Below the pieces are notes generated by a model. That model did not search any database, was not told the DNA's origin, and worked only from the letters and a program-made list of their open reading frames with translations. Both the position numbers and the translations under genes were made by a program. DNA of 64,000 nucleotides from positions 6,946,001 through 7,010,000 of the forward strand of contig CM052817.1 in NCBI GenBank assembly GCA_028534125.1, written 5' to 3'. The stretch comes from Lama glama. Its lineage: Eukaryota. Below are positions 39,831 through 51,855 of the stretch, in pieces; position 1 is the first letter of the stretch, and every line of letters starts with the position of its first letter.

Positions 39831-40629
39831 GTGTGCAGTGTAACAGCTGGCCCAGTCCCTGGGGGGCAAAGACGATCATGGAGCCGCTTTGGTACAGTGG
39901 CTGCTGTTTAAAATTGGGAAGAGAAGATTCAAAACCTGTTGTCACCCTTCCTTAGAGGTTGGCTGTGCCACACAATAAGAGTCAGAGCTCTTATTTACAC
40001 ACAGGTTAGCAATGCTTTCCTTTACAGGATTTGTGAGGAGGCTGGAATAAAATGGCATCACCGAAGGGATCTGAAGTTTAATACTAATCACATGGAAGGA
40101 AATACTACTATTCACTGAAAAAAAATCAGCATGAGACCCCTGAATCACTAGCAGTAAAGGCAGGGGAAGCTGTGTTAGAGGCAGGTGGCCTGTTTTGTTT
40201 TTCTCAAGTGCAGTCCTTGAACAATCCTCCTGAGTTACTGGCTTGCGTGGGTCCGTTTGAGACCCCTCAGATACTAGTGAGGAAAAAGGTGGAAAAGAAA
40301 GTCCACTTACAGGAACTTTTAAGTTCCTGGGACTGCGATTTTATAACTAACCATCTTTTCTTGAACTAGATGTATGACGGAGGTGCAATTATCTTCTCTG
40401 GTTGTAGAAACTGAAGCTTTTCAAGGTCACCTAAGTGGTGAGTGGTGGAGTCAGATTCAATCAAGATTTATCTGACCTGGAAGCCTGCGTTCTTTACACT
40501 GCACAACACTGCCTCTGAGTAACAAAGCAATCTCATTTAAAAGAGTCAAAGTGTTTTAGCAAATGCTCACAGAGCATTTTCTGCAGAAGGCTGCTAAATT
40601 TTCCTCCGAAGTAGAACTGTTGGGAGCGC

Positions 40630-41390
40630 TGCCTCTCAGGCAGACCACCTGGTTCTGAATTCCCGCTCTTTCCCTTGTCAGCTGTGTGGCCTGAGGCAGT
40701 GAGGCAGTCACTCTATGCCTCAGCTTTTTTATTTCTAAAAATGGGTTTAAGCAATTAACAACCCCATAGGATGATTTTGTTTTCTTTTTTTTTTCTTTAT
40801 AGGTTACTATAAGACATTGATATAGTTCCCTGTGCTATATACAGTGTAAATTTACTATTTATTTTATATATAGTAGTTAGTATCTGCAAATCTCAGATTC
40901 TCAATTTATCCCTTCCCACCCCCTTCCCCGCCTAGTAACCATAGTTTGTTTTCTATGTCTGTGAGTCTGTTTCTGTTTTGTAAATAAATTTGTCTTTTTT
41001 TTTCTTTTTAGACTCCACATATTTTTCTTTCTCTTTCTGGCTTACTTCACTTAGGTGGAAAATCCAGGTACTATACATGTTGCTGCAAATGGCATTATTT
41101 TATTCTTTTTTATGGCTGAGTAGTATTCCATTGTATAAACATACCACAACTTCTTTATCCAGTTATCTGTCGATGGACATTTATGTTGTTTCCATGTCTT
41201 GGCTATTGTAAATAGTGCTGCTATGAACATTGGGGTGCATGTATCTTTTCGAATTAAATTTCCCTCTGGATTTAGGCCCAGGAGTGGGATTGCTGGATCA
41301 TATGGTAAGTAAAGATGAAATGAATTAATACATAAAAAGATCTGAGCACAGGACTAGTCATAGTATGAAGCCTCAATAAGTGTTTGGTCC
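40630..41390 (+). mobile_element. MIR interrupted by an L1 3' fragment
   Basis: MIR halves (ctatgcctcagc...aaaatggg...cataggatg | aagatgaaatgaattaata...ctcaataagtg) flank the L1 piece. Confidence 0.7.
40780..41308 (-). mobile_element. Young L1 3' fragment
   Basis: ataggttactataagacattg...ccttcccacccccttcccc...gagtgggattgctggatcatatgg; similar to 42181-43142. Confidence 0.9.
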
Positions 41391-42110
41391 TAGTAGGAAA
41401 ATAACAGTAAGGAGATTATAACAGAGTGGCATGATGAGCTCTGATGTCAGCCCCCAGCATCCTCTCTTTAGCTCTCACCAAGAAAACCACTTTAAAGAGA
41501 ACCCCTGGACTCTAAAATCAGCAAAACTGCTCAAACAGAAATCTATCTGCACTGAGAAATGCCAAAGGACCCCTGACTAGAGTCAAGAATGGATTCATTG
41601 ACAGCACCTTTAACAAAGTACACGTTCAGAGAATTCATAGTCACCTGTTGGGCACTAAAATGGTAATAACCACAAAGAAAGGTAAAATGCACTGAGTCCA
41701 GAATGAATAGTCTTTGAAAGGAGATAAGTAACCATTAGAAGGGTGTTCATATTTATGGAAGGTGCCACATGACATAAATTTGATATGTACATTTTCCTTT
41801 AACGTTCACACCAACTGTATAAAGTATGGATGGTGATTCCTCCTTCACAGATGCTTCCACTGTGTCTGAAAAAAAAAAGTGAGTTGTCAGAGGTCATAGA
41901 CTTTATCAAGAGGAAGCACTAAGACGTTGGTGTCTGTCACTTAGATCCTAAAGCTCATTCTTCCCATTATGCCACCAGATCCCAGTGGGGGGTGGTTAAC
42001 ACAGGAGATTTGCAAGATGATTCTCAAACAAAAGACACAAGAAATTTTATGGTAAAATAGTGGTTAAATCTCCATAGCTTTTTCTTATTATTGATTCATG
42101 CTCCTTAGCC

Positions 42111-43331
42111 CAGGGCTTGGCAAACTGCCACCTTTTTTTATGCATTAAATTTTCCTGGAATACAGCCATGCCCTTTTTTTCTCTCTTTTTAAAAAGAATA
42201 AAGTACAGTCAGTTACAATGTGTCAGTTTCTGGTATACAATGTCCCAGTCATGTATATACATACATATATGTTCATTTTCATATTCTTTTTCATTAAAGG
42301 TTATTATAAGATATTGAACATAGTTCCTTGTGCTATACAGAATAATTTTGGGTTTTTTTAAATCTGTTTTTATATTTAGTGGCTAACATTTGCAAATCTC
42401 AAACTCCCATATTTATCACTTCCCACCCTCTTTCCCCTGATAACCGTAAGACTGTTTACCATGTCTGCAAGTCTGTTTCTGTTTTGTAGATGAGTTCATT
42501 AGTGTCCTCTCTCTTTTTTTCTTTTCTTTTTTTGTTTTTTAAGATTCCACATATGAGTGATATCACATGGTATGTTTCTTTCTCTTTCTGGCGTACTTCA
42601 CTTAGAATAACAATCTCTAGGTCCATCCATGTTGCTGCAAATGGCATTATTTCATTCTTTTTTATGGCCGAGTACTATTCCATTATATAACTATACCACT
42701 CCTTCTTTATCTGTCTTTATCTGTCGATGGACATGTAGGTTGTTTCCACGTCTTGGCTATTGTATATAGTGCTTCTATGAACATTGGAGTGCATGTATCT
42801 TTCTGAATTACAGTTCCTTCCAGGCATATGCCCAGGAGTGGCATTGCTGGATCATAGGTTAACTGTATTTTTAGTCTTTTGAGAAATCTCCATACTGATT
42901 TCCATAATGGCTGCACCAAACTACATTCCCACCAGCAGTGTAGGAGGGTTACTTTTACTCCACAGCCTCTGCAGCATTTATTGTTTGTGGGCTTTTGAAC
43001 GATGGCCATTCTGACTGGTGTGAGGTGATACCTCACTGTAGTTTTGATTTACATTTTTCTGATAATTAGTGATATTGGGCATTTTTTTTGTGTACCTATT
43101 GGCCATTTGTATGTCTTCATCAGAGAATTGCTTGCTTAGGTCAAAATGAACAACCCAATCCAAAAATGGGCAGAAGACCTAAACATGCCCTTTCTTTTGA
43201 GTGCTGTCTCAGGCTGCTAGGTGCTACAGTGGCAGACTGGAGAAAGCTGAGCTGCAACAGAGCACAGGAGGCCTGCCAAGCCTAAAAGATTTTCTGTCTG
43301 ACTCTTTACTAGAGAAGCTTGTTAATCTCTA
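42111..43331 (+). mobile_element. MER58A (hAT-Charlie MITE) split by an L1 insertion
   Basis: cagggcttggcaaact...tggaatacagccatgccc | ...ggctgct...aagcctaaaagatttt...ctttact. Confidence 0.75.
42181..43183 (-). mobile_element. 5'-truncated young L1 with twin-priming inversion
   Basis: ORF 42707-43036 is the L1 ORF2 C-terminal Cys-rich region (RYHLTPVRMA...CCRGC...LLHCWWEC); inverted piece 43143-43185; TSD CATGCCCTTT(T/C)TTT. Confidence 0.92.
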
Positions 43332-46119
43332 CTCTAGACTCCTCAAGGATCTAACATGGCCAGGTTATTTTTGGAAAAATAAGTCTAACGCATCATTTCT
43401 ACATCTGTACATGTCCCTCTCCTCTATTTTTGTAATACCACTGAGGTCCCAGCGTCACTCAGCTACGGGCCTTGTAGCCTTCTTCCCCAACATATAGATA
43501 TAACCCATAGTTGGGTTATTTCTCACATTCCAGAATCAAATTTTAAAATTCAGTGAGAAAGAAATTCACCTGCTCCTGAATATAGGCTATAGATATGCTT
43601 GAGAAACTAGAAAATTTCATTAAGACAATAACTTTCCAGGACAGTTTAGAACATCTTTTGAGATTTAGGAAATTCTAATATATCTACAGTTTCATTTTGA
43701 AATTGAATATTGTGTTAACTGAAGCCCATGGGTCTCCAGCAAAACCTTAACAATTGGGAAAATTCTCCGAAACAATTTGAAAACTTTCTAAAGTTATTTT
43801 AGAAGTTTACCAAAAAAAAAAAAAAACAATTAGGATGTCTAGAAAGTATTGGTCACTTTGACTTGTGGCAAAACTTTCCCTAGTTGTCAAATTTGAAATG
43901 GAATGAATGAAGAAATAAAATAAAGCAAGAAAAGAAAAAACATAGCTAGAGAAGAAGTAGCTGTGGAGTTAACAATATGAAATAAGATTAAAGTCCTGAT
44001 TGATGACAGTTGTGAAAGGATTATTACAAGCGTGACCCATATCTTTATCAAAATTGTATCAGTATCTCTTGAGAGTACAGGACCCTGTGCAGAAGAAGAA
44101 ATTTGGAGCTGAGTCAGTGTCCCTATTTATCTCAGTGTCATTTGCAAATTTGCTAACTAGAGATAAACCAAATTGATGGGTTAAGATGACTTTGTTCTGA
44201 TTAATTTTACGGTAATTCTGAGGGCTTCAGTTTTAAATGAATTGTTTGAATACTAGATTATGCAGCTTTATGATCCAGGAGATAAGCAGCAGCTCTAAAG
44301 ATGCCTCTGAGACTTAAAAGAGACAGCATTAGAAGCTCATTATTGCCGGCACATTTAACATGGTTAAAGTTGGGGAAAATAGCCATTAAGTTAATGTAAT
44401 AGTTAAACTGCATTAATTTGAAAAACTGCCCAGTGAAACGCTTACAGCAGAGGGTTTATTTTTTTCCCCTTACGTGGAGACGTTCTTAAAAAATAAAATA
44501 AAAGGCATTTCAAGATTTTACCCTCCCCTCCTCAAGGGACTTCGTAATTTGGAATTCCAGGCTTTTTCTGATGTGGGTAGACTGAGGGCCACTCTCTGTT
44601 CAGTCACACAGTAAGGAACAGGGGAGGGTCCGCTCCCACCTGTGGTCTGTGATGCCTTAGGTCCCATGTTGAGCTGAGTAGTCAATTCAAAGAATGAAAA
44701 AGCATCACCAGAGCTTGCCCTGAAAGCCACAGGAAACACAAGGATTTGTGTCTTGGGGAATGGAAGAGGCTTTTTAATCTCTTGCAATCTGACTATTTTC
44801 TTGAGTAATCAATAAAAGTGGGTCGGGAATTGCTTGTTGACAATTCCCAGATGACCACACAGCATGATACTTCATCATAAAGTTCTCTCTTTCTTTGAAA
44901 AAAATAAACTTTGGCTGCTCGAAGTCTCTCCCTCCATCAGCCTTCACGTCAGTGAACTGCCCTGCTTCCGCGGCCTTTCTCCTAGTCCTACCTTTTATTA
45001 CCCAGTTGTTTTGTTTTCTCAAAGAGAATCCACTGTTTTATTTTAATTACTTCAACTAGTAAAGGGTGCATCATGCTGCTTATTATCACTATCATGTTAC
45101 CTTTGATAATTATGACAAAGTGTGCCTTTGATCCCATGACTTCCTCTGTGTCCTCAAAGTGGAAGACATATCTCTGTCTGAATTTCTTAAGATCAGGATG
45201 TCTGTCATCAACTGCATCATGAGCATATTAACCCGAAGACCTGACCAAAAACTGAGCGGTCTGAAGCTTAATGAATACAATAAAATTCAATTTGTAATAC
45301 AATAAATTTCATTCATATGCCAGTTCACTCCTTTGCAATTCTCCCTTTTGGAAAACAGCACTAGTATTTTTTCAGTCAAATATATCTATGCCTATATATT
45401 TAATGAAATCATATCTGATTCTTTCTCCCCTCTTTCTTTTTATGCTCTCTCGGTCACAGAGAGCAGCTCATAGAACACTGTTTAAGAGAGCAGCATGGTC
45501 ACAGTATTTGAAACTCATTCAACCAACAAGCATCTAATTTTAAGGCCAAGGCAAGATGTATTTTAAATTATGAGTATTTGTATCAAAGCTCTGCTAATGG
45601 TAACCAAGGATTATAAACCAGAGCCCAGGGGGATTTCTGCTGACTGCAAGTAGAATGGGGTTGCTTGATGAAATAATGACTCTGAACTGTGTTACAAAAG
45701 ATAACTTCTTTCTGGCTTGAAATAACAGCCCTTCTCAGGACACAGCATTGATGTGCTCTATTTTGTCTTCACTCCCTGGTCCCTGCTTAGAGCCAGAGCA
45801 AGTGGGCTGACTAGATAATGAGGAACCACTTTTTCATACAGGTGGGAACGAAGAATGATTCTCTAACCTAATAGATCAATAGATGTGTCCTCTTGCCTTC
45901 TGCTCCTTTCTCTGTGTTCTACATTTTGGCGTCCGATCTTAAAATTAATTCTCAAACCATACAATACCTGGGTTATAAGGATGGACTCCGTAACCTGGAT
46001 AGAATGGACCTTTTTGATGTAGAGGGTTAAAGTCTTGGGGCTGTGCATGCAGTAGGCTATTGCATTTACTATGGCACATCTGGAATATGGTCAAGAATTA
46101 GAATTTGCTTCAAATTCTC

Positions 46120-46290
46120 TGCAGGTTCTCAAAATTTAGATACCCCTTGGAAGAATGTTAAAACTGCTAATTCTCTGCCCTCGATCTGGATTTTGATTCT
46201 GTATATCTGGAGTGGTGTCTCTGAATCTAGAGTCATAATGATTCTCACATAATTCAGATGTTGGACACAAACGTTTACTTGAGTGATGCC
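46120..46290. mobile_element. MER5-like hAT MITE
   Basis: caggttctcaaa...ttttgattctgtatatctggagtgg...tgaatct. Confidence 0.5.
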
Positions 46291-46464
46291 TTAAAAAACA
46301 CTAAGTTAGCAAAAGATAAATCTTACTTCTTTACAGAGAGAAAAAGACATAGGATGAATTCATGGTAGACAGTGGAGAATCACCATCCTGCTCTCCAGTT
46401 TTTCATCAATACGAGACCATTTGCCAATGTCTCAGTGGAGACAATGATGGAATTAAGTGTATGG

Positions 46465-48450
46465 TGGTTAACCATTGTTCAAAATAAGTCAGTTTTAAGA
46501 TTAAAAGTGAATGCAAGGCAAGGGCTTCCAGATGGCAGAATAGAAGGACATGGAGCTCACCCTCTCCCAAAATATATCAGAAATACATCTACATGTGGAA
46601 CAATTCTCACAGAATACCTACTGAACTCTGGCAGATCTTGGACAAGTGGAACTACAAGGAAAATCATCAAGAATCTGGGTAAACAACAAGGTCCTACTGT
46701 ACAGCACAGGAAACTACATGCAATACCTTCTAATACGCTAGAAAAGAATATGACAAGGAATACTTATGTATAGCTGAATCACTGTGCTGTACACCAGAAA
46801 TTTATACATTATAAATCGATTATAATTCAATAAAATTTGAAAAAGAAAGTGAATGCAAAATATATTTTTAATTTATTGACCAACAAGTTTTATTATATTG
46901 ATGGACTTACAAAATAGCTATATATATTTAAAGATATATTTTTATGATTAACAAATTTGAAATACATGACACTTCTACTTAACTCTTCTCTGTAGGCAGA
47001 CAATTTTCAATTAAGTAAACTGCTAAGAAACCTAGTAAATTGGTAATAACTTTATTAAATTGAATATATTTTTAATTTAAAATTTCATTTATAAATTTTA
47101 TCTTAAATATGTTCATATTCAAAGATACCATCTTTTTCCCCCCTCAGTCAAAGTTAATTTATTTGACAGACTTATTTTAAGAAACTTGTCAACTAAGTTG
47201 TCCTTATAACTTTTTGTTTCACCAAATTTAGTTGCAGCAAAATCATAGACCTTCTCAATTTCATTCCATTTAACAGAATATAAATTCATCCAATAAAATA
47301 TAGGGGCTCTATCAAGACAGTCTTCTTTTGAGCTTAAATATCTGGGGTGCAATTATTTCATATCAAAATTAAATATTGGACTCATAGTTTATTTTGTTCA
47401 GTTCTTTTCTCGCTGTTATAAAAATAAATTCAAAGTTTTCTTGTTTGCAAGAAACCAGTCAAAAGTTTCAAAAGTCAAAGTTTTTATTGTGAAGTTCAAT
47501 TTACTAAATAAGATGATCAAAATTTCTAATTGATTTCCAAAAATATGCAAAGAGAGTTTGAAGAATTTATTTTAAATATCTCCATTTTTACCTTAGGATA
47601 CTTAGAGAGATTTATAAAGTAGATTCAAATATTTTTACGAGATGGAAAATGAGTAGTAGAGAGAAACCATGTATACCATACTCAGGCATATATTTGTTTT
47701 ATTCCACATCTGTTTCAAAACCAAAATTTTGTAGTTCACCTACTATAAATGTGTATATGTAAAGCTATTTGTATTTTTGGCAAGCACACTTTTATTTCAA
47801 TCAGTAGCATGTTGTTCGTTTGGATGCAATTTTAATTTATCGGTATATCACAAATAATTGCAACTATATTTCTGCTTCACAAGTGTCTGAATTATGCAAC
47901 CACATTACGCTCCTATGATGTGGTGTTCTACCAAAATTCACATGAATACTACCACCATGAAAATAAATAATGCCATTTTCAGCCCTGAACTTTTAACTGA
48001 ATTTACAATGGCATTCATAAAATTGTCAAATGCTTGATACTAAACTAAATAATATTTCAAAAGCTTTACTTGATTCTGTGATACAGATAAAACCTACTGA
48101 AATAGAGATAACTGAGTTTTCTTTTTTTAATTTGAAGTCTTTGGATTCAGTTTTCATAAAAGAAAAACCAGTCTTTGAAGTAGATGCCGACACATCTAGC
48201 TTTTATGTGAACAGAGATGCACTGTGAGCCCACAGTGGTCATTTTTTATAAGCATGTTGTGAAAATTATTGGTTCATTGTTAACTTTTTGGGGAGATGGA
48301 GATTAAGACGTTAAATTTTCATTACGAATGGGCTTCCATTTTTCCACTCAGTGCTGCCAAAGCAGCTTATTGAAATGCAAAGAAGTACTGGCAATTAATT
48401 CATTAATTGGTTAATATTTTCAGCCTTACATCATGTAATATAGGAACAAA
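46465..48450 (-). mobile_element. Fossil hAT-Blackjack-type DNA transposon with decayed transposase
   Basis: Minus-strand remnants YFHGGSIHVNFG (47931-47975), NCIQT..ML.IEI (~47790-47835) and ELQNF...DVE (~47700-47740) resemble Blackjack transposase motifs as I recall them; terminal-like ggttaaccat...tgttcaaa near 46466; boundaries approximate. Confidence 0.65.
46517..46845 (+). mobile_element. Mini-L1: L1 5' UTR start fused to L1 3' end, with TSD
   Basis: TSD AAAGTGAATGCAA (46504-46516 and 46846-46858); begins ...cagatggcagaatagaaggac; 3' part aaacaacaaggtcctactgt matches 26648-26668; AATAAA at 46829. Confidence 0.85.
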
Positions 48451-48999
48451 ACCACTGTATCAAGAATATTAAAAGCATGCTCTGTGTACTCTATGGCAGG
48501 AATTCTCAGCCGTGATTATCTATACTTACTTCGCATGCAGGGAAGTTATAACTACCCGTTTGCTGTAGGGTCCCTGGGATGGTGTCCTGACAGCCTTGTG
48601 CTTCTCCCTGACCACAGTGCAGGTCAAGGACTTCAGTATTTTCTGCTACTGAAGTAGTGGCAGAGATGCACACCTTGACTACTTCTCCCACCCACTTACG
48701 CAAGGAGTGAGAACTGTCACTGGCCAAGTCACCAAGCACCCTGCAAACTTTCCCTGAGAGGGAGGTGTTAATTCTGCTTCACCTGGAAAGTTTGAGGCAA
48801 GGAAAACAGTTACTATTTGTTCAATTGAGTGAGAATTGTCCTCCTTCTATGTTCATATCACATGCATCTGGAGGAAACCATGCCAGAAGCTGAAAATACA
48901 AAATGTTTATGAAACAGATTTGGGGTTATTTCCATGCAATATTAATACTAGCAGCTCATTAAAAATAAAGAAAAATATGAGGTGAACTTTACCCTGGAC

Positions 49000-50560
49000 A
49001 GGATGCTGTGAAACAGAAATAAATTGGTCTGAACACGATTTATGGTCACCAGGGTTATAAGTAATCATCCTGTTGGCTCTAGCGTGTTTGCAACCATGGA
49101 CCCAGGATACATAGAAGAGCGGGAGAAAATCAAACAAAAACAAAAATGGAATGGGAACTATAAAATAGAAACAAACAAGACAAAAGAAAGCTTAAGAGAA
49201 TATCATTTTAATGGAAAAGATTTATTACAGAAAACTGATCAAAAATTTTAAAAATACTGTATGCTGTGATCATTAATAAAATCCTTCAAGGCAAGTTGTC
49301 TCTTAAAAACCAAACAAACTTACATACTTATCCTCGAAAACAAATCGATGGCTCAGACAATTTGCAGGTACAAGGATAAAATAATAATAATTGGGATAAA
49401 GGCTAAGAGAAAAACATGAATGAAGTAAAAGTTGCAAAGAACTCCAACATGCTATAGCTATAACAAAAGTAAAATGCATATTGAAGTCAAATCAGTACTA
49501 ACCAAGAGAGATTTAGTAATGCTAATGAAAAATGGAGAGTTTTTTTTTTACCCCAGTGTTCAGAAAGCTATATAAGAATGGTACTGAGAAAACTCATAAA
49601 TATAAAGAAGAGAGAACAGAAGTCCAAATTACCCATGGTCGACATTCTGAAAGTGGAGATGACACATTGGAAATAGAAGAAATAATTGACCTTAGAAGAT
49701 GCTTTATTTTCCAGAAGAGAAAACGATGTGTCAATATGCCACACACTGGCTCACCATATCCTAGGAGAAATTCTTGGCAATAAGTTTTTCTACTTTACTT
49801 TGTAGGTTTCCTTGTAATTGTAAGTAATCGCTTACAAAATCTAACTAGGATGTAATCTAAGATTTTAAAATCTTAACAGAAGGCTTCTAAATTTAGTCTA
49901 AAAAGTGAGGCAACTGCAGGGAAAAAGGACCAAGAAGAAAATGGTGGTAGTAATGATAGTCATTAAACCATGTCATAGAGCAAGGATAATTTAAATGTGT
50001 TTGACTCTGATAGAGGAAGAGATATGCAATTCCATATCGCAGAATGGGTTAAAAGATACAACCTGGCTCAAAAAAAAAAATACAATATATAAAAAGAAGC
50101 TTAAACGTGCAGAAGACCTATTCCTAAATAAATTAGAGTGACTATTTAGCAATTTGAGGAAAAGATTCAATTCAGGTCTTTCTCCCACACCACCAACCAA
50201 GCTATATCCCAGATGGCAAAAATGAAAAAAAAAATAATGTTATGAAAAATAGGAATAGAAAATAGAAAAGTGGACAAGGGTCATGGATGGAAAATTTATA
50301 GAGGAGAAATGTAAATATCATGTGAAAATTTGCAATAAACACGCTGTTCTTCACAAGTAGGGATGTAAACGGGTAATTTATTTTGGAAAAGCATTTGCGT
50401 TTCCTTCTAATGTTGAATATTCACACACATTATGACCTAGTGGTTTCGTTTCATCAAACAGAGCTCTGCACACATACAGAGGGAGTTATATAAACCGTTA
50501 TTAATTCAAGTGTTACTGCTACCTGAAATATGGAGGAAGAAAGAAACCTTTATATATATG
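49000..50560 (+). mobile_element. Decayed old L1ME-like fragments
   Basis: A-rich, ORF2-like remnants (tctcccacaccaccaacc, aaaagtggacaagggtcatg, tatgacctag). Confidence 0.5.
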
Positions 50561-50692
50561 TTTTAACCTCAGAATGCCTTAGAACCCATAGGAAGGAAAC
50601 AAAAAATTACAAAGCAAGACGGGGAGTCCACAGGCACAGAGGCCAAGTTTTGAAAAGAGAGTTTAGAGAGAGAAACGATCTGGTAGACTAGC

Positions 50693-51050
50693 TGCCTCTC
50701 TTCGTCCATTGTGTCTGTTGTAACAAAATACCATAAACTGAGTTGTTTATAAACAGAAGCTTATTTCTTCCAGTTCTGGAGGCAGGAAGGTTTATGATCA
50801 GAGGACCAGATTGTGTGGTATCTGGCGAGAACCGTCCTGGCTCATGGGGAGGCATCTGATCGCTGTGTCTTTGCATGACTGAAAGGGCAAGGTGTCTGTC
50901 ACAACAGGACTAGTCCCATTCCTGAGGGCTCACTCCTATGACCTGACTACCTCCCAAGGACTCATCTACTGATGCCACCATCTTGGGAGTTAGGATTTCA
51001 ACATATGAATTGTTTTTGGAGACGAGAGACACAAACATTCTATCCTAGCA
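50693..51050 (-). mobile_element. MLT1A-like MaLR LTR
   Basis: gtaacaaaataccataaactg...cagttctggaggc...ttaggatttcaacatatgaatt...acacaaacattc...tagca. Confidence 0.85.
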
Positions 51051-51493
51051 CTGCCGTTTATGTAAGGCACAACTAAGTACAGGGATCAAAAATATTGTAA
51101 GGACTTAAACAGGGTAATCTCAATTATCAGTATATTCGTTTCCTAGAGCTGCTCTGAGAAACCACCAAAAACTGGGTGGTTTAACACAGAAACACATTCT
51201 TTCTGTCACAAGTCTACAATGAAGATGTAGGATAGGTGACTTCCTCCTGAGGTCCAGGGAGAATCAGTTCCAGACTCCATCTTTCCTCCTTCTCCCCTTC
51301 CTCCTCGTCCTCCTTCTTCTTCTCTTTCTTCATCTCTGTCTCTGCCTCTCTCCCTCGATTGCTTTTTGGCTGATGTTTCTTGGATTATGTACCCTGCAGG
51401 AGCAGGGCTTCATGTGACTTTGGTTACACCTGGCTGACATAAACACTGGTGTGCTCCTGCAAGAATGGTTCCTGTGAAACCTGTTTGGGTAGG

Positions 51494-51855
51494 TGCATTA
51501 TTTCGTTCAGACTGACATAACAAAATATCACATAAAAGGGGCTAAAGCAACATAAATTCATCTTTTTGCAGTTTTAGAGGCTAGACATCCGTGATCAGAT
51601 GTCAGCATGCCCGATTTCTTCTGAGGTGACCTCTTTCTTCCTGTGTCTTCACGTGGTCTTTGCCCTGTACTTGTCTGTGTCCACATATCCTCTTTGTATA
51701 AGGGTACCTGTCACGTTGGATTAGGGTCAGTCCATATGACCTCCTTTTACTTTAATGACTTCTTTAAAGGTTCTATATCAAACACAAGCACATTTTGAGA
51801 TTCTGGGGATTAGGACCTTAATATACAAATTTTGAGAGGACACAATTCAGCAGGG
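51494..51855 (-). mobile_element. MLT1B-like MaLR LTR
   Basis: cataacaaaatatcaca...ctgtgtcttcacgtggtc...ttggattagggtc...gacacaattcagc. Confidence 0.8.

Noticed and set aside
45420..45540. Plus-strand splice acceptor after a pyrimidine tract
   Set aside because: No good donor, all frames close quickly, no recognisable peptide
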